Shown here piece by piece: positions 20,727 through 29,788 of a stretch of DNA of 55,746 bases (positions within the stretch are counted from its first letter, which is position 1; each line of letters opens with the position of its first letter). Location: contig JANOGP010000356.1 in assembly GCA_031406075.1 (NCBI GenBank), positions 1-55,746 on the forward strand, written 5' to 3'. The stretch is from Betaproteobacteria bacterium (lineage in GTDB: Bacteria > Pseudomonadota > Gammaproteobacteria > Burkholderiales > JACQAP01). A program made the translations under genes and the position numbers. The notes beneath the pieces are model-generated. The model did no database searches. It was given only the letters and a program-made list of their open reading frames with translations, and was not told where the DNA came from.

Positions 20727-21777
20727 TCAGCCAACCTTTAAAGGGTACAAACGGTAGCCGTTGCGGCCGGCCTGTTTGGCCTCGTACATGGCCTTGTCTG
20801 CCAGGCGGATGAGCACCCCCGGGTCCCGGCCGTGATCCGGGAATATGCTGATGCCAAGGCTCGATGTAACAAGAAGTTTCTGTCCGGCGACGATATATTC
20901 GCCGGCCACGAGCGCCAGCATCTTGCGGGCAATGCCTGCCGCGTCCTCGGCCTGGCGCAGTTGCGGCAGGACCACGATGAATTCGTCGCCGCCGACCCGC
21001 GAAACCGTATCCACCTCCCTGATCGAGTCCTGCACCCGGCCGGCCACCTGCTGCAGCAACCGGTCTCCGACGTGGTGGCCGAGGCGGTCGTTAACGTCCT
21101 TGAAGTGGTCCAGGTCCATGAACATGACCCCGGTACGCGAATGGTTGCGCTGGGACACCGCCAGGGCCTGTTCCAGGCGGTCGATGAGCAGTATCCGGTT
21201 CGGAAGGCCGGTGAGCGGATCGAAGTGCGCCATGCGCCGGATTTCCCGTTCAGCGTCCTTGCGGGCGCTTATGTCGCGGGCAATCGAGCAGATGCGCACG
21301 ACCCGACCATTTTCAATGAGCGGCGCGATGTTCAGGGAGACGTGCACCGGCGAGCCGTCCTTGCGCTTCTTCACCGATTCCATGTCGAAGATGCTCTCTC
21401 CGCGCAACAGGCGCGCATTGATCTCGCTGGCTTCCGCCTCGCCGGAGTCGGGAAAGAGCATCTGATAGTTGCGGCCGATCGCCTCTTCCGCGGTGTAACC
21501 GTAGACCCTCTCCGCGCCCCCGTCCCAGGTGAGCAGGGTGCCGTCGAGCGTGCGGCTGCAGATTGCGTCGGCGGAGGTTTCGACGATCGCGGCGAGCAGT
21601 TGCGGATGCGGGAACACGCGCTGGGGCGGTCCGAAGAGCGGATTCGAGCTTGGAAGGGCCGGGCGCCGGTCTCCGGGGCGAGGGCGGCCTTTCGTGATCC
21701 CCGAGCATGCCCTGCAGCTCACCGAGAATTTCCAGTAGCTGGGTCCTGCTGAGATCCGAGTAACGGTTGCTGGGCAT
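20727..21777 (-). pseudogene. PAS-GGDEF diguanylate cyclase with frameshift near 21615-21635
   Basis: ATG 21777 (GGAG RBS) frame reads YSDLSRTQLLEIL...PSKLESAL, matching the neighbouring paralog N-terminus; the PAS-GGDEF part (HPQLLAAIVE...RVGGDEF) continues in another frame. Confidence 0.75.
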
Positions 21778-21948
21778 TGCGCTCCCCCCGTGTCGCGAGT
21801 CTTGTGCCCGCGCTCGATCGGCTTGTCCGCCCGCGGCAAATCTGGCGCGACGACGAATTTAGCCGTTTTTCCCGGAGTGCTGCAACCGGTCAGCCGGAAA
21901 TCCGCGTCCCGGAGGGAGCGACTGGCGCCGATGTCATAATCGAACCAA

Positions 21949-23403
21949 ATGAAAATCAATCCCTTCTCTTCGGCGACCGAACTTCTTGACCGGCTGCGTT
22001 CCTGCGAGATTTCCGGCCGTGAGCTGCTGGAAACCTATCTGCAGCGGGTCGAGCGCCACAATCCAGGACTCAACGCCATTGTGACGCTCGATGCCGTTCG
22101 CGCGCGCATTCGCGCCGACGCGGCGGATGCGGAGCGCGCCGGTGAGGGCGCAGCCGGTCCGCTTCACGGCCTGCCGGCAACCATCAAGGACAGTTTCGAG
22201 ACCGGGGGTTTGCGCACCACCTGCGGAGCGCCCGTCTATGCGAAGCATGTGCCGTTGGCGAATGCGGATGCAGTGCAGCGGTTGGAAGTTGCGGGCGCCC
22301 TGGTTTTTGGCAAGACCAACGTCCCGATTTACGCCGGCGACCTGCAAAGCTACAACATTCTTTTTGGCGCCACCAACAATCCCTGGGATGCCTCGCGAAC
22401 CTGTGGCGGATCGTCGGGTGGCGCCACGGTGGCAGTCGCCGCCGGGCTGACGGCTTTCGAGCTGGGCAGCGACATCGGCGGCTCGATCCGGATCCCGGCG
22501 CATTTTTGCGGCGTTTACGGTCACAAGCCCTCGTACGGGGCCATTCCATTGCGCGGCCACGTGCCCCCGTCGCCGGGCTCCTTGTCGGCGCCTGATATGG
22601 CGGTGGCGGGGCCGATCGCTCGTTCGGCCGAGGATCTCGAGTTGCTTCTCGGCGTCCTTGCCGACACCGGTGGCCCGGTCGGCGGAGGCTGGAAACCCGT
22701 TCTGCCGGCGCCGCGCGCCAGACGTTTGAAGGATTTCCGGGTGGCGCTGTGGATCGACGATCCGGCGCTTCCGATCGACGATGAAGTAAGGGCGGCGATT
22801 CATCTGGCGGTGCAGGCATTGCAAAAGGCAGGGGTGAAAGTGGACGAGGCCGCGCGGCCCGGCATTTCGCTGGTGGAGAACTTCGACGATTATCTGAGGC
22901 TGCTATGGCCGGCTACGACTGCGCAGCTCAGCGAAAAGGCCTTCGCGCGCCTGCTGGAGGCCGGCCGCGGCGCCGACCCGGATAGCGCGCGCGGCCGGCT
23001 TGCTCGTTACAGCAACGCCGGGCACCGCGAGTGGTTGCGGCTGAACGAGAAGCGCGAAGTCATTCGGGCCAGATGGCGCGCTTTCTTCGAGCGCTACGAC
23101 GTGCTGCTCTGTCCGGTCGGGCCGGTGTGCGCGTTTGCACACGACCACAACGAAGACCTGATCGCACGCACCATTGACGTCAACGGCGAACGCCGCTGGT
23201 ATTGGGAGCAACTCGCCTGGATTTCGCTGGCCACGCTGGCCTACTTGCCGGCGACCGCCGCGCCGATTGGACGTTCGCGTGGCGGACTGCCGGTGGGAAT
23301 GCAGATTGTCGGTCCGTATTTCGAGGACCGCAGCTGCATCGAATTCGCGAAATTGCTGGCCGACGTGGCCGGGGGCTTTGAGGCGCCGCCGGGTTTTGAT
23401 TGA
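21949..23403 (+). CDS. Amidase-signature family amidase
   Basis: GPLHGLPATIKD, GGSSGG, GSDIGGSIRIPAHFCG. Confidence 0.95.
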   Translation: MKINPFSSATELLDRLRSCEISGRELLETYLQRVERHNPGLNAIVTLDAVRARIRADAADAERAGEGAAGPLHGLPATIKDSFETGGLRTTCGAPVYAKHVPLANADAVQRLEVAGALVFGKTNVPIYAGDLQSYNILFGATNNPWDASRTCGGSSGGATVAVAAGLTAFELGSDIGGSIRIPAHFCGVYGHKPSYGAIPLRGHVPPSPGSLSAPDMAVAGPIARSAEDLELLLGVLADTGGPVGGGWKPVLPAPRARRLKDFRVALWIDDPALPIDDEVRAAIHLAVQALQKAGVKVDEAARPGISLVENFDDYLRLLWPATTAQLSEKAFARLLEAGRGADPDSARGRLARYSNAGHREWLRLNEKREVIRARWRAFFERYDVLLCPVGPVCAFAHDHNEDLIARTIDVNGERRWYWEQLAWISLATLAYLPATAAPIGRSRGGLPVGMQIVGPYFEDRSCIEFAKLLADVAGGFEAPPGFD

Positions 23404-23422
23404 GCGGTCCGGGCGGGCCGCG

Positions 23423-23902
23423 TCACATCCTGATTCTGCGTGCCTCGTTCAAGTGCTTGCGCCAGTACGTGAGGTCTATCTTGTCTGTTCGTACTTTACC
23501 GCCAGTGGACGGTGCATGGACGAATCTGCCGTCACCAAGGTAAATGCCGACGTGGGAGGATTTCTTCCCTTCCTGGTCGAAGAACACCAGATCGCCTTTG
23601 GCAAGATCATCCATATCGATCTCGATTCCGGTATTGCGCAGCGAGCGCGTGTCGCGCGGAAGCGCAATCCCGATCTTGCGGAAGCTGTAATGGACCAGGC
23701 CGCTGCAATCGAAGCCGTCGGAATCGACGCCGCCGTAGCGATACGGTGCGCCTAACATCGCCAGCGCGTGGTCGGCAGCGCGGCTCACGTCCACGTTCTT
23801 TGAGCTCGCGGGCGAAGTTGCGGATGCCACTCGCGGCGGCGAGCCCGCGCAGGCCGCAAGCGCGAACACGACAACCAGGATCAAGACAGCGCGGAAGGAC
23901 AT
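23423..23902 (-). CDS. NlpC/P60 (C40) lipoprotein peptidase
   Basis: Lipobox LAAC, PYRYGG, GFDCSGL, HVGIYLG, FVHAPS; alternative GTG start 3 codons upstream. Confidence 0.93.
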   Translation of the reverse strand: MSFRAVLILVVVFALAACAGSPPRVASATSPASSKNVDVSRAADHALAMLGAPYRYGGVDSDGFDCSGLVHYSFRKIGIALPRDTRSLRNTGIEIDMDDLAKGDLVFFDQEGKKSSHVGIYLGDGRFVHAPSTGGKVRTDKIDLTYWRKHLNEARRIRM

Positions 23903-24095
23903 GCAGATCACGTCGACTCCTCCTTTTGGAGGTAGTCGACGCAAAGTCCATGCCGAGAAAAAATGTGTTCCTGGCCCGTTGATCCAGCTCCAATCTGACG
24001 GGCCGCGACACTTGGGTGCCGTTCGACGTCGCTCGACCGGCTGTCGTTTTCCGGCGACGGAGTGTCAGGCCGTGCGTAAGGTCCGAAAAGCTTTC

Positions 24096-24410
24096 ACCAC
24101 GGGGGATTCTTCACAATACCCCCTTGAGGGGTACACGGGGTACACGGAGAAAAAACGAAAACGAGGGAGAATGAATTGGAGTTCAAGACGGGGTGACTGT
24201 TCGCGAATGTGTGCCGCCACCTTTCGCTGCGATGGATCATTAGCCAACCCAGGTTTCTCACCTCAGCATGTTCTTCTTGTCTTTCCTCCGGCGCCGCCGA
24301 CACGGCGTTGGCGTAGCCATCTGGGGCGGGAGGCGGCGCTTCGGCGCACTACCCGCAAACGGCCGACTACGTCGGTAACGTGTCCGTGCGCCATCCCGTG
24401 CCCCCGTGGT
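24096..24410. repeat. Family A fold-back element with 27-bp insert (24107-24133) and interrupted right arm
   Basis: ACCACGGGGGA[27]CACGGGGTACACGGAG; interior homologous to the 27276, 29549 and 33299 copies; outer right arm CCCGTGCCCCCGTGGT ends at 24410. Confidence 0.8.
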
Positions 24411-24437
24411 ATGAGTTGCTCTGCGCTTTCAGCCCTC

Positions 24438-24565
24438 TCAGCCGAACGGCACCGGCACGTAGATCCGCGCCTCATCACGCTGGACCAGCAGCGCCACGGT
24501 TTTGAGGACTTCTTCACCAGTTGCTTAAGTTGCTCGATGCATCGCCGGAATGCCGGCGGCTGATT
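24438..24565 (-). pseudogene. Degraded C-terminal PDZ remnant of a DegQ/HtrA protease
   Basis: Fragments AAGI/PGD, IEQLKQLVKKS and (after a frameshift) KTVALLVQRDEARIYVPVPFG*. Confidence 0.65.
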
Positions 24566-24572
24566 GCCGGCG

Positions 24573-24929
24573 CTACGCCGGCGATTTGGCCCCGATAGTA
24601 CGTACCCGGTTCATTGCCTTGACGGCGATGAAGATTGCCCACGCCACGATCAGGAAATCGACTAGCGTGCTGATGAATGCACCGTACTTCAACAACGGCG
24701 CTCCGGCTGCCTGCGCCGCTTCCAGCGTCTCGAAGGTCGCCGATCCGAGATTGACGTACAGCTGCCGGAAATCCACGCCACCCAGCAGCATGCCGATCGG
24801 CGGCATGATGATGTCCTTAACCAGTGAATCGATGACCTTACCGAAAGCGGCGCCGATGATGATGCCAACCGCCATGTCCATCATGTTGCCCTTGATCGCG
24901 AACTCCTTGAACTCGGAAATCAGGCTCAT
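24573..24929 (-). CDS. mscL: Large-conductance mechanosensitive channel
   Basis: [43 protein letters not shown]. Confidence 0.96.
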   Translation of the reverse strand: MSLISEFKEFAIKGNMMDMAVGIIIGAAFGKVIDSLVKDIIMPPIGMLLGGVDFRQLYVNLGSATFETLEAAQAAGAPLLKYGAFISTLVDFLIVAWAIFIAVKAMNRVRTIGAKSPA

Positions 24930-25088
24930 TGTTTCTCCTTTCGAAGGTTGTCTTGACCCGGGGCGTACACCGTGTCAGCCCCGGCCGCCGCCATGGTAGT
25001 CGGCGGCGACCGAAATTCCCAGTAGTGTTCGACTCGATTGGCACGGTGTAGGCTTGCAGTCCCTGGACCCGCTTCGGGAGAACGAACG

Positions 25089-25952
25089 ATGCATGTGCAA
25101 GAGTGCTGGCGCTGGTGCGGTTTGGCCGGTGTGTCATGGGCGGCGATCCTGACGTTGCTGCCCCTTGGGTCGGTCGCCCAGGACAGGCTGCAGCTTTTCG
25201 ACGGGCATATCCACTACAGCGTCGGTTCGCCGAAACAGTATCCGCCGGAGAAAGCGATCGCGATCCTGGATGAGGCGGGGATCGGCCGGGCGCTGCTGTC
25301 CAGCACTCCGAACGATGGCACCATCCAGCTCCACAAACTGTACCCGGAGCGTTTCATTCCCGAATTGCGACCTTACCGCAAGACCCGCGATTTCGAGACT
25401 TGGGCGGTGGAGCGCGCCAGCTGGTATCGCGACCCGGAAACCGTGACGTTCATAGAGGAGGAACTCAAGCGCGGCATCTACCGGGGAATCGGCGAGTTTC
25501 ATCTTGACGGGGATGAAGCCGACACACCGGTAATACGCAAGATCGTGGATATCGCAGTCGAGCGCAACCTGTGGCTGCACGCACATTCGGACGCTGCCGC
25601 GGTCGAAAAACTTTTTTCGTTCAATCCCCGGGTGCGTATCGTCTGGGCGCACGCGGGTATGAGCACGCCGCCGGAAGCCATCGACCGCTGGCTCGCGCGT
25701 TATCCGGCGCTGTGGGCGGAACTTTCCTATCGCGACGTCGTGGCGGGCGGCGGCGAGCTGGATCCGCAGTGGAAGGCGTTGTTCCTGAAGTATCCCGACC
25801 GCTTCATCTACGGCAGCGACACCTGGATACCGCCGCGCTGGGGTCAGGTCGTCACGTTGGCGGAGCAGGCCAGGGGCTGGCTCGCGCAATTGCCGCGGGA
25901 CGTGGCGGAAAACATTGCCTTCCTCAACGCCGAACGGATTTTCGGCAAGTAG
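25089..25952 (+). CDS. Exported amidohydrolase (TIM-barrel metallohydrolase)
   Basis: DGHIHY, GIGEFH, WAHAG, FIYGSDT. Confidence 0.85.
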   Translation: MHVQECWRWCGLAGVSWAAILTLLPLGSVAQDRLQLFDGHIHYSVGSPKQYPPEKAIAILDEAGIGRALLSSTPNDGTIQLHKLYPERFIPELRPYRKTRDFETWAVERASWYRDPETVTFIEEELKRGIYRGIGEFHLDGDEADTPVIRKIVDIAVERNLWLHAHSDAAAVEKLFSFNPRVRIVWAHAGMSTPPEAIDRWLARYPALWAELSYRDVVAGGGELDPQWKALFLKYPDRFIYGSDTWIPPRWGQVVTLAEQARGWLAQLPRDVAENIAFLNAERIFGK

Positions 25953-25990
25953 TCTACGAGGTACGGGAAAACAATCAGGTCAAGAACGAT

Positions 25991-26112
25991 GACGCAAAGG
26001 ACGCAAAGTAGAAAAGAAAGGTACGCAAAGTAATACTCAATGATGTGGCTGTTTCGTCTATGCTTTTTGTCCTCCTTTTTTCTTCGCGTTCCTTCGCGTC
26101 TTTGCGGTAAAA
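25991..26112. repeat. Degenerate family B fold-back element
   Basis: GACGCAAAGGACGCAAAG..TACGCAAAG ... CTTCGCGTTCCTTCGCGTCTTTGCGGTAAAA, between convergent genes. Confidence 0.75.
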
Positions 26113-26145
26113 GTTTTTATAGTTTTTCGGTGATGAAAATAAAAA

Positions 26146-27246
26146 TTAGCGCGGGAAGAGCTGTACTTCTGGGAACCCGAGCGCCCGCTTGATGCGCGTG
26201 TTGGCGACCGGGCGGATGCCCGAGCGGTCCAGCCGCCACTTGTCCATATACTGGGCGGGTTTGAGCAGCGTCACCCCGGACTTGCCGAGAAACTCATCCA
26301 ACGCGGCGTCGGAGAATGGCCAGGGCATGCCGGCTTCGAAGGGTTCCCACAGGCCATCCCAGTGAATGGGGATGTAGGCCCTGGGTTTGATGACCGGCAC
26401 CACAAGTTGCGCGATCGGCACACCGCCCGTGCCGATCCATAAGTCCACCGACTGCAATCCCGCGTCCTTCATCGCGCTCTTGAGGTTTTCGATCGGCGCG
26501 CCATAATCCACTCCATTGATGACGATCGGCACGTGCAGATCCACGGCGCTGGCGGAGTTTTGGTAGAACCAGCTGAAACGGCCTTGCGGACCGTCCACTG
26601 TAAACAGGAAGCCGCGGTTACCGCCGCCGTTGGGAAAGTCTTCCGCCACACCCGCGCGCAATCCTCCGGTTGCCGGGTCAGGGCGGGGAACGGCATCGAG
26701 CTCGACCGGGTCATGCTGCTCCCAGTTTTTCGCCGGATCGCCGCTGTGGTTCCAGCGCACCACGCGCAGCGTCACGCCTGCGCCCGGAGAAATCTTTTCC
26801 AGCCCGTATACCGGCGTGCAGCGCTCCGCCGGTATGTTTTCGGCCATCACCTCGAAACACGTTGTAATCGAGCCGATGATTGGAGCATTGGTTAGTTTCG
26901 ACCAGGTCGCGGTATCGAAAGAATGATCCCAGTGGCTGTGGCCGGTGAGGAGCAGATTGACCTCGCCCGCCCCGCCCATTGCGTCGAGCACGCGGGACAC
27001 CGCTTCGACGTCGGGCTTCCAGGGATGGCGGGTGTAGGCATATCCGCCGCCTCCGCCGTGAAACTCCCGTTCCGGGATGCGGCTGATGTAACCGTCGGTA
27101 AGAATCCTCAACGGCCCAAGTTCGTAGTGGATGTTGGCGATGGACATCCAGGTGATGTCTACATGAGCGGGACCCGCCGCCATGCTCTGGGATATCGAGG
27201 CAGCGGCAAGAATGGCGATCGCCGTGCCGGAAAATTTTTTCTTCAT
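26146..27246 (-). CDS. Exported metallo-beta-lactamase-fold hydrolase
   Basis: Signal peptide, TGHSHWDHSFD (HxHxDH), WNHS, IPIHWD. Confidence 0.85.
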   Translation of the reverse strand: MKKKFSGTAIAILAAASISQSMAAGPAHVDITWMSIANIHYELGPLRILTDGYISRIPEREFHGGGGGYAYTRHPWKPDVEAVSRVLDAMGGAGEVNLLLTGHSHWDHSFDTATWSKLTNAPIIGSITTCFEVMAENIPAERCTPVYGLEKISPGAGVTLRVVRWNHSGDPAKNWEQHDPVELDAVPRPDPATGGLRAGVAEDFPNGGGNRGFLFTVDGPQGRFSWFYQNSASAVDLHVPIVINGVDYGAPIENLKSAMKDAGLQSVDLWIGTGGVPIAQLVVPVIKPRAYIPIHWDGLWEPFEAGMPWPFSDAALDEFLGKSGVTLLKPAQYMDKWRLDRSGIRPVANTRIKRALGFPEVQLFPR

Positions 27247-27275
27247 AACGCCTCCAGATCAAAAACCAATTATTT

Positions 27276-27470
27276 GCCACAGAGGACACAGAGAACACAG
27301 AGGAAAAACAAGAACCAGGAAAAGCAGGTTGTGAATAAAGGCGAGGTAAATGTTCGCAAACTCGTGCCGCCAATTTTTGCTGCAATGGATCATGAGCCAA
27401 TGCAAGATTCTTGCCCCAGTTTATTTTCTTGCTCTTGCCCTTCCTCTGTTTCCTCTGTGTTCTCTGTGGC
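27276..27470. repeat. Family A fold-back element (no 27-bp insert)
   Basis: GCCACAGAGGACACAGAGAACACAGAGG ... CCTCTGTTTCCTCTGTGTTCTCTGTGGC. Confidence 0.9.
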
Positions 27471-27489
27471 GAAAAGTATAGATCGCAGA

Positions 27490-27987
27490 CTAGACCCGGC
27501 GGGCTTCGACGAAGTGTTTCTTCCAGTAGTCCGCGCTGAGGCTGTCGGTGCGCACGCGTCCGCCGGTGGATGGCGCATGGACGAAGCGGCCGTCGCCGAG
27601 GTACATGCCGACGTGCGAGGCCTTCTTTCCTTCCTGATCGAAAAACAGCAGGTCGCCCGGGCGCAGGCGGCGCGCTGAAATCAGCGTGGTGGCCTTGCGT
27701 TGCGCCGGTGTGGCGCGCGGCATGCTGATTCCGGCGCGGCCGTAGCTGTAGCGCACCAACCCGCTGCAGTCGAAGCCGGCCGGCGTATCGCCGGCGTAGC
27801 GATAGGGCTTGCCGATCATCTCGCGTGCAGCGGCAACGGCCTGGCGCGCCGTTTCGTCGCTGGCTCGCGTTGCCGGCGCCTCGGCGACTTGCGGCGAGCT
27901 GGCACAGCCGGCCAGTGCCGCAATTAGCAGCAGCGGTGAAAGCCGCAGCGCAACCCAAGCCGGGAACGCGCCGTGATATGTGGTCAT
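27490..27987 (-). CDS. NlpC/P60 (C40) lipoprotein peptidase, paralog of 23423-23902
   Basis: LAGC lipobox, GFDCSGL, HVGMYLGDGRFVHAPSTGG. Confidence 0.93.
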   Translation of the reverse strand: MTTYHGAFPAWVALRLSPLLLIAALAGCASSPQVAEAPATRASDETARQAVAAAREMIGKPYRYAGDTPAGFDCSGLVRYSYGRAGISMPRATPAQRKATTLISARRLRPGDLLFFDQEGKKASHVGMYLGDGRFVHAPSTGGRVRTDSLSADYWKKHFVEARRV

Positions 27988-28177
27988 CGTGTCAGGCACT
28001 CCACAAGGCCGCATGCTGTGACGAAACCAGGATAGCAGAACGTCGAGATTGCTCCTGAGGGAGAAGGGCTTGATTAACTGCCAACCGCCCCTTATTTTGA
28101 GAGTCAACGCGGCCGTCATGGTTCCCGTTTACGGACGCTTGTTCTATCCGGCAATGGCAGTTCACACAAGGAAAGAA

Positions 28178-29539
28178 ATGAAACGATTGATCTCCAGGCT
28201 GGTCCGGGCCGCGCTGGCAGGCGCGCTCACATTCGCGGCGGCCGGCGGCGCGCATGCCGGCATACCGCCGATTACCGATGGCGAGGGCACGCCTACGCTC
28301 GCGCCGATCCTCGAACAGGTAACCCCCGCGGTGGTGAATATCGCGGTGCTGTCGCGCTCCCCTGAGGAAGACAATCCGATGTTGCAGGACCCGTTCTTCC
28401 GCCGCTTTTTCGGACTGCCTGAACGCGCACAGCCACAGATTTCCGCGGGCTCGGGCGTGATTGTGGACGCGAAGCTGGGCCATGTGCTGACCAACCATCA
28501 CGTGATCAAGGACGCGAGACAGATCGTCGTCACACTCAAGGACGGCCGCCAGATCGAGGCCAAGCTCCTCGGTTCGGACGCCGGTACCGATATCGCCTTG
28601 CTGAAAATCGAGGGTCAGAAACTCACCGCAATCGGATTTGCCGATTCAGACAGGCTGCGGGTGGGGGACTACGTGCTGGCAATTGGCAACCCCTTCGGCA
28701 TCGGGCAGACGGTCACGTCGGGAATCGTCAGCGCGTTGGGGCGCACGGGGCTGAGCATGGAAGGCTACGAGGACTTCATCCAGACCGACGCCTCAATCAA
28801 CCCCGGCAACTCCGGCGGGGCGCTGGTCAATCTCAGGGGCGAACTGGTCGGCGTCAATACCGCGATCATCGGCCCATCCGGCGGCAACGTCGGCATCGGC
28901 TTCGCCGTGCCGAGCAACATGGCGCGCGCGGTGATGAACCAGCTTGCGAAGCACGGCGAAGTCAGGCGCGGGCGCATCGGGCTGACCACCCAGGAGATCA
29001 CGCCGGAACTTGCGATAGCGCTCGCGCTGACACCCAACCAGGGCGCCGTGGTGGTGGACGTCGCTCCTGATTCGCCGGCGGCCAAAGCGGGATTGAAGCG
29101 CGGTGATGTGGTCGTCGCGGTGAACGGACGCAGCGTTCGCGGTTCGTCCGACCTGCGCAATCAGGTCGGCCTCATGGCGGTCGGGGAACAAGTCGAGTTC
29201 AAAGTGCTCCGCGACGGCAGGGAGCTGGTTCTCAAGGCCAGGGTCGAGAGCTTGCGCGCAGTGACTGCCCTCGGCAGCGAGATCGTGGCGGAACTGCAGG
29301 GTGCGACGGTGGGCACGGTCGAAGGCAGCGGCAAGCCGAACGCCGTGATGATCGCGGAAGTCGAACGCGACAGCCCGGCTTGGTCGCACGGGTTGCGCCC
29401 CGGCGATGTGATCGTCGCGGTAAACCGCAGGAAAGTCAGCAGCGTGCGCGAACTGATCGCCGCACTGAAGACGCCGGGCAGGGCGGTGTTGTCGGTAGTT
29501 CGTGGGGAATACATCTTCGCCATCGTGCTTCGCAGATAA
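28178..29539 (+). CDS. degQ: DegQ/HtrA serine protease with two PDZ domains
   Basis: GSGVI, TNHHV, DIAL, QTDASINPGNSGG. Confidence 0.92.
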   Translation: MKRLISRLVRAALAGALTFAAAGGAHAGIPPITDGEGTPTLAPILEQVTPAVVNIAVLSRSPEEDNPMLQDPFFRRFFGLPERAQPQISAGSGVIVDAKLGHVLTNHHVIKDARQIVVTLKDGRQIEAKLLGSDAGTDIALLKIEGQKLTAIGFADSDRLRVGDYVLAIGNPFGIGQTVTSGIVSALGRTGLSMEGYEDFIQTDASINPGNSGGALVNLRGELVGVNTAIIGPSGGNVGIGFAVPSNMARAVMNQLAKHGEVRRGRIGLTTQEITPELAIALALTPNQGAVVVDVAPDSPAAKAGLKRGDVVVAVNGRSVRGSSDLRNQVGLMAVGEQVEFKVLRDGRELVLKARVESLRAVTALGSEIVAELQGATVGTVEGSGKPNAVMIAEVERDSPAWSHGLRPGDVIVAVNRRKVSSVRELIAALKTPGRAVLSVVRGEYIFAIVLRR

Positions 29540-29548
29540 GGTCTTTTT

Positions 29549-29787
29549 GCCACAGAGGGTTCTGTTTGATACCCCCTTGAGGGGTACACGGAGGAAACGC
29601 AAGAGCAGGAAAATAGGTTCGGGTGAAAATCTTTCGTTGGCTCCTGAGCAATCGCAGCGATAGTTCGCGGTACAGGTTAGCGAACAGTTACCTCGCTTTT
29701 ATCCCCAATTCGTTTTTCCTCGTTTTTGTTCTTCCTCCGTGCCCTCCGTGTACCCCTCAAGGGGGTATTGTGAAGAATCCCCCGTGG
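29549..29787. repeat. Family A fold-back element with a 27-bp cassette in both arms (29560-29586 variant; 29751-29777 on minus strand)
   Basis: GCCACAGAGGG[TTCTGTTTGATACCCCCTTGAGGGGTA]CACGGAGG ... CCTCCGTG[TACCCCTCAAGGGGGTATTGTGAAGAA]TCCCCCGTGG; fills the gap between convergent stops. Confidence 0.92.
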
Positions 29788-29788
29788 T

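Noticed and set aside
21778-21959. N-terminus of the 410-aa DGC ORF as called (start 21959)
   Set aside because: It overlaps the divergent amidase start and has no homology to the paralog; the likely true start is 21777 in another frame.
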